Of a stretch of DNA of 64,000 nt, positions 60,131 through 64,000 are shown one piece after another. Positions within the stretch are counted from its first letter, which is position 1. Each line of letters begins with the position of its first letter. The stretch is from positions 141,057 through 205,056 of the IMG/VR virus record IMGVR_UViG_3300037424_000564; one strand, 5' to 3'. Made by a program: the position numbers and the translations under genes. The notes beneath the pieces are model-generated. The model ran no database searches and had not been told where the DNA came from. It was given only the letters and a program-made list of their open reading frames with translations. Origin of the DNA: a virus (taxonomy: Duplodnaviria; Caudoviricetes).

Positions 60131-60397
60131 TTAAATGAATGGAAGATAATCATTGTCCTTTGTAGATTTGACAATCTGTTTACAAAGATCGATTGTATCC
60201 TCATTACGATGATCAGAACGACCATTTTCAGCCCATTCTTTAATACAGGCCATGAACAGCCTCATTGTGGATTGTTGAAGTGTTCTATGATCGTTGCATA
60301 CCGTTTTAACAAATCCTTCAGTGTCAGGAGAAAAACTATTGACCAGTCGGGAAAGGGCTTCAGCAACTTCAGTTCCATTTTTTGGATTGATTTCCAT
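60131..60397 (-). CDS. Hypothetical protein
   Basis: 88 aa ORF with AAGGAG site. Confidence 0.7.
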   Translation of the reverse strand: MEINPKNGTEVAEALSRLVNSFSPDTEGFVKTVCNDHRTLQQSTMRLFMACIKEWAENGRSDHRNEDTIDLCKQIVKSTKDNDYLPFI

Positions 60398-60443
60398 AGT
60401 GTTTCTCCTTAAAAGTATTTTATTTCAATGATTAAATTAATAT

Positions 60444-60680
60444 TTACATATTAAAGTAAGTACATTTATGGGCTTCAACAATAGAATCATCTTCTATAAA
60501 TGTCAGACTGATTTTTAGTGTAATAGGATGAACAGCAAACCCTTTCACAGTGTTAATTTTTAGTTTTGACTTAAACGGTTTTCCCGAGACTTTTTTGACT
60601 TGAGTTCCAATAAGATCGGAAAAATTAGGATGGTTCATAAATGATTTAACGGCTTTCCTATGCCATGCTCCACTAGACAT
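60444..60680 (-). CDS. Hypothetical phage protein
   Basis: KVSGKPFKSKLKINTVKG...HP.T...FIEDDSIVE. Confidence 0.7.
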   Translation of the reverse strand: MSSGAWHRKAVKSFMNHPNFSDLIGTQVKKVSGKPFKSKLKINTVKGFAVHPITLKISLTFIEDDSIVEAHKCTYFNM

Positions 60681-60709
60681 AATAACTTCTCCCTTTGTAT
60701 ATTAATATA

Positions 60710-61261
60710 CTATTTACTATCTGTAATGGTAAATGCCATATCAGTATTATTAATAGAAGTTATTTTTGAATGATAACCATCCTTAAGTTTTTGTGTTTCA
60801 ATTTCAATAATTTTAATTTCATCGATATAATTAAATTTCGCAACCTTGATAGGAGGAACCCTAAGATTTTCGGGAAGATGTGTTTGAACACTTTTACATA
60901 AGTCAAAATAAACATCAGTAATATCGTGTAATCCGTCACTTGACCAACATGAATTATGATTACTTGTATTTTCAAATTGATCTAGTGGAATGGAGTTCAG
61001 ACCCCATGCTGTACTGACAGCAGACCAAACAGATACATGTCCTGTAAAAATCATGTGGATAAATTTAACATCAGAAATTGAGTCATAACTACTAAGAGTA
61101 TTACCATCAAGATAACCATAATAACTCGCGCTCATTTTTAATTTAATATAAAGAGATTTCTTCTTTTTATTGTCATAACTATTCATCGTGTTGATTGCAG
61201 GAAGTAGTGTTCTGACCATATTCGCTACAGTAATATTAGCATCCAAAGTAGCAACACCCAT
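60710..61261 (-). CDS. Hypothetical protein
   Basis: 183 aa ORF with AAGGAG site. Confidence 0.65.
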   Translation of the reverse strand: MGVATLDANITVANMVRTLLPAINTMNSYDNKKKKSLYIKLKMSASYYGYLDGNTLSSYDSISDVKFIHMIFTGHVSVWSAVSTAWGLNSIPLDQFENTSNHNSCWSSDGLHDITDVYFDLCKSVQTHLPENLRVPPIKVAKFNYIDEIKIIEIETQKLKDGYHSKITSINNTDMAFTITDSK

Positions 61262-61335
61262 GATAAATCTCCTTTTTGATTGGTAGTGGATTTAACTTTA
61301 TATCATATTTCAATTTCTGTCAATTTAAATCTTTA

Positions 61336-61605
61336 TTAAACTTTTGTTTGTAGAATTGGACACCATTCAGGTACAGGTTTCATATCTCGATATCCTTCAA
61401 CATACCCCATAATTTTTTTATAGGTAACAGATGGATGTGTGCAGTAATGATCACTGGCACACCCTGCATTAGGAGTAGCCCGTTCTTGTTCGAATACACA
61501 AGAATTTCGTCCTCCATGACTACAACCATCAATAGATGTACAAGTACGCCGATTGATAACAGTAGAAGTAATAGGAAACTGATAAGGAAAAATTGTTTCT
61601 GACAT
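61336..61605 (-). CDS. Hypothetical Cys-containing protein
   Basis: 89 aa ending PVPEWCPI. Confidence 0.65.
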   Translation of the reverse strand: MSETIFPYQFPITSTVINRRTCTSIDGCSHGGRNSCVFEQERATPNAGCASDHYCTHPSVTYKKIMGYVEGYRDMKPVPEWCPILQTKV

Positions 61606-61631
61606 AATTTATCTCCATTGTGATATGTTTG

Positions 61632-61703
61632 TGGGCAATGCGGGAATTGAACCCGCGATAGAGAATTTAGAGTTCCCTGCTTTAACCACTTAGCTAATTG
61701 CCC
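61632..61703 (-). tRNA. Amber suppressor tRNA, anticodon CUA (3' CCA not encoded)
   Basis: GGGCAAT TA GCT-AAGTGGTTAA-AGC A GGGAA-CT CTA AA-TTCTC TATC GCGGG-TTCAATT-CCCGC ATTGCCC A: complete 72-nt cloverleaf, followed by CAA. Confidence 0.92.
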
Positions 61704-61711
61704 ATTTCATT

Positions 61712-62134
61712 TCATTTCTCCTTTTTAAGTTTGATATTCACACAACCCATATGACATTCAATAACTTTTATTGATTTATCAGGATAGAATTGACATTGAT
61801 TACTATCACTACGTACATCAGACTCTTTGGTTGTTTTGAAGACACAAAACTTCAATCTCCTACTTTTAACCCGTAAAATTTGTTTAAGAAGATCTTCTGG
61901 AAACCAACTCTCGAATTGTTCAATAGAATTGAATCCAAAATATTGATTATCATTTCTAGTAAGATCAAATTTAGGATGAATATCATCCGAATCACCTTTA
62001 TAGTCCATATAGTATCTATATAATCTTAAGCATTCTATTACAGCATTAGCTTTTTTTCTTGCTCGTTCATAAAAACTAATACCATTATTATAAATACCAA
62101 ATCCATTGCCATATTGAAATCTATAAACAAACAT
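61712..62134 (-). CDS. Hypothetical protein
   Basis: 140 aa; FGFNSIEQFESWF...QCQF; co-transcribed with the tRNA. Confidence 0.65.
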   Translation of the reverse strand: MFVYRFQYGNGFGIYNNGISFYERARKKANAVIECLRLYRYYMDYKGDSDDIHPKFDLTRNDNQYFGFNSIEQFESWFPEDLLKQILRVKSRRLKFCVFKTTKESDVRSDSNQCQFYPDKSIKVIECHMGCVNIKLKKEK

Positions 62135-62163
62135 TTTATTCTCCTGTGAATTGGGTTAAGAAG

Positions 62164-62192
62164 AATATATTATTATTTTATTTATTTGTCAA
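62164..62192 (-). promoter_or_regulatory. Early sigma70-type promoter upstream of the tRNA transcript
   Basis: TTGACA-17-TATATT. Confidence 0.7.
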
Positions 62193-62371
62193 TTATTAAT
62201 TAGTCGCATTGCTTTGATTATTGTATTTCTAGTTTCATCTGATAATAGATACCATGCGTTGTCTAATCTAACTTCAACCAATGCATTATGACAAATACTA
62301 GCCATATCATTTAATGCATTGATTGAAGCTGGAATTTTACATGGTTCTGGTGTGAATTCTATATCTCTCAT
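62189..62371 (-). CDS. Hypothetical protein
   Basis: 60 aa; overlaps the yqeY stop. Confidence 0.55.
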   Translation of the reverse strand: MRDIEFTPEPCKIPASINALNDMASICHNALVEVRLDNAWYLLSDETRNTIIKAMRLINN

Positions 62372-62820
62372 GATAGTGCCTGTTTAACTAAAACAGAAGC
62401 CATTTTCCCATCATATAGACCATCATATTCTTTTTTGAGAATTGACATCACTCTACCCATATCAGAAGGAGAAGTAGCATTGTTTGATTTTGTGATAAAT
62501 CCAATAACACCAATCAATTCAACTTCTCCCATTTGTTTAGGAAGAAATTCATATAAAATATTTCTCTCAATATCTAATTGAATTGGGTAAGTATCACATA
62601 GTTCAATTGTTTGATCAATCCCCTTGATAAATGCTTTAATTTTGTTAACACAATCTGTGTCAGTAATAAGACGTTGGCCATCATTCTTGGCAACCATTTC
62701 AATCTCCCCAATAAGAGTACCAAGAAGATTTGCTTTTATTTTGAATGATTTATTTCCAATTGCTTCTTTACGAGCAGCTACCCATTCCTTTTTAATCGTA
62801 TGAATTAGTTCTGGTTTCAT
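62368..62820 (-). CDS. yqeY: GatB/YqeY-domain protein
   Basis: IKKEWVAARK...LLGTLIGEIE...ITD...FLPKQM...DMGRVMSILK..Y.GLYDGKMAS.LVKQAL. Confidence 0.85.
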   Translation of the reverse strand: MKPELIHTIKKEWVAARKEAIGNKSFKIKANLLGTLIGEIEMVAKNDGQRLITDTDCVNKIKAFIKGIDQTIELCDTYPIQLDIERNILYEFLPKQMGEVELIGVIGFITKSNNATSPSDMGRVMSILKKEYDGLYDGKMASVLVKQALS

Positions 62821-63237
62821 TTTATTTCCTTTTCAATTTTATCTTCCAGTAAATGAATCATTTTGTAATAATCTTTTGCTGTTTTAAGTAGAGTTCGATA
62901 ATCCATTTGAGAGGATCAGTAGGAAGGGGTAAAAGTTCGAATCCTTCTCCACCATATTCAACTGAACATTGAGCCGCATAATCTAACATTCGATGTACTG
63001 AATTCACGCCATCTTCTTCATGTAATAATTCCATTAAGATTTCATTAGCAAACACATCATTATCTGTGATATTAAATCCTTGTTGCTTACCATGAGCAAC
63101 ATTTATTGCATAACATAAAATATCAACACCAATTGTTATTGATAGTAGTCCATCGACAATTTCTACAGTTAACGGTTTATTTCTCATAATCAAATCCTCC
63201 CATTTTTTAATCGTATGAATTAGTTCTGGTTTCATTT
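62789..63237. repeat. 34-nt exact direct repeat (62789-62822 and 63204-63237)
   Basis: TTTTTAATCGTATGAATTAGTTCTGGTTTCATTT at both positions. Confidence 0.9.
62858..63235 (-). CDS. Hypothetical protein whose first 11 codons duplicate those of yqeY
   Basis: Starts MKPELIHTIKK; internal M at MRNKPLTV. Confidence 0.6.
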   Translation of the reverse strand: MKPELIHTIKKWEDLIMRNKPLTVEIVDGLLSITIGVDILCYAINVAHGKQQGFNITDNDVFANEILMELLHEEDGVNSVHRMLDYAAQCSVEYGGEGFELLPLPTDPLKWIIELYLKQQKIITK

Positions 63238-63268
63238 GAATTTCCTTGTCTAGTGTTTGAATTCTTCA

Positions 63269-64000
63269 TTAATATTTAATACATTCCATCACAAAACATT
63301 TTTTAGCTCTAATTTTACCAAATTGAACAGTGATGATATCTTCAAGATTTACACGACATATCAAATATGTTTTATTTGAACATTGGTTTTCCCAATATGT
63401 AGCATTTGAGAAATGTAATCCAGAAGTACAAGAGACATTATTATATTCAACATTTAAAGCTTCAATCCAAGAATTCACTGTATATTTAAAATATGGATCA
63501 TAAAATGATGATTTATCATCATTAACTTGTTTAAAACAAATAAGAGATTTATTCGAAGCTATAAGACCTGTTTGGGCTTTGATGTTTTCTCTGATGTTTT
63601 TTGGATCAGTAAGATCCACTTCACAAGTAGAAAAACTAACATACATTTCTTGTGAAATCACTGCATTACCGTGTACTCTAGCATTACCGGATACTTCAGC
63701 TTTATCGGATACACTAGCATCACCGGATACTATAGCATTACCGGATACTCTAGCATTACCGTATACCATAGCATAACCGAATACCATAGCATCACCGGAT
63801 ACTCTAGCATTACCGTATACCATAGCATTACCGAATACTTTAGCATAACCGTATACTCTAGCATTATCGGATACTCTAGCATTACCGTATACCATAGCAT
63901 CATATCCGATAAAGCAGGTAGGTTCTACTGATGCAGAGTCAGCTACCCAACCACCTTCAAATCCATTTGGGTTTTTATGTCGTTTAGCTAGAACTGATCC
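63269..64000 (-). CDS. Hexapeptide-repeat (VYGNAR) beta-helix protein, 5' end outside the window
   Basis: Frame is open to the window edge (RHKNPNGFEGGWVADSA...); tandem V-Y/S/F-G-N/D/Y-A repeats; C-terminal CTSGLHF domain. Confidence 0.8.
   Translation of the reverse strand, partial: GSVLAKRHKNPNGFEGGWVADSASVEPTCFIGYDAMVYGNARVSDNARVYGYAKVFGNAMVYGNARVSGDAMVFGYAMVYGNARVSGNAIVSGDASVSDKAEVSGNARVHGNAVISQEMYVSFSTCEVDLTDPKNIRENIKAQTGLIASNKSLICFKQVNDDKSSFYDPYFKYTVNSWIEALNVEYNNVSCTSGLHFSNATYWENQCSNKTYLICRVNLEDIITVQFGKIRAKKCFVMECIKY

Noticed and set aside
61632-61703. Pyrrolysine tRNA
   Set aside because: It has canonical U8-A9, D-loop GG, T-loop UUC and a 5-bp anticodon stem, all unlike tRNA-Pyl, and no pyl genes are in the window.
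63660-63900. Tandem 18-nt repeats as a non-coding array, and the plus-strand 86-aa SIT-repeat ORF
   Set aside because: The repeats encode VYGNAR hexapeptides on the minus strand; the plus-strand ORF is their shadow.

Overview
An AT-rich 64 kb segment of a large T4-like myovirus genome, almost all on the minus strand. It holds the recombination and late-transcription core (uvsX partial, gp46, gp47, gp55, uvsW, uvsY), baseplate and tail genes (split gp5, gp27-like hub, gp53, gp48, tape measure, gp26/gp51, four gp19-like tube paralogs, gp3) and head genes (gp23, gp22, gp21, gp67-like, gp20, gp4, two gp2-like). Accessory genes include a glycosylation/methylation/radical-SAM cluster, HU, Hfq, a HicB-like gene, a macrodomain, a CCA-adding enzyme, a CoaD-kinase fusion, YqeY and homing endonucleases. 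The main finding is an apparent amber-suppression switch. An amber suppressor tRNA (anticodon CUA, 61632-61703) lies 2 kb upstream of a small operon. In that operon both a leader peptide (M-K-R-TAG-T-H-S-N-R-P-P-stop) and a peptidyl-tRNA-hydrolase-like gene (M-R-N-TAG-T-P-Y...) carry an in-frame TAG at codon 4, and a hairpin just after the leader hides the next ribosome-binding site. The rest of the window uses the standard code. Other highlights are about a dozen proteins with a T4-like capsid-targeting N-terminus (two kinase-like paralogs, an ART-like protein, a methyltransferase, a metalloprotease) and a likely -1 frameshift joining gp26 to gp51. All calls come from reading sequence motifs by eye. 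No database searches were run, so novelty is unverified.
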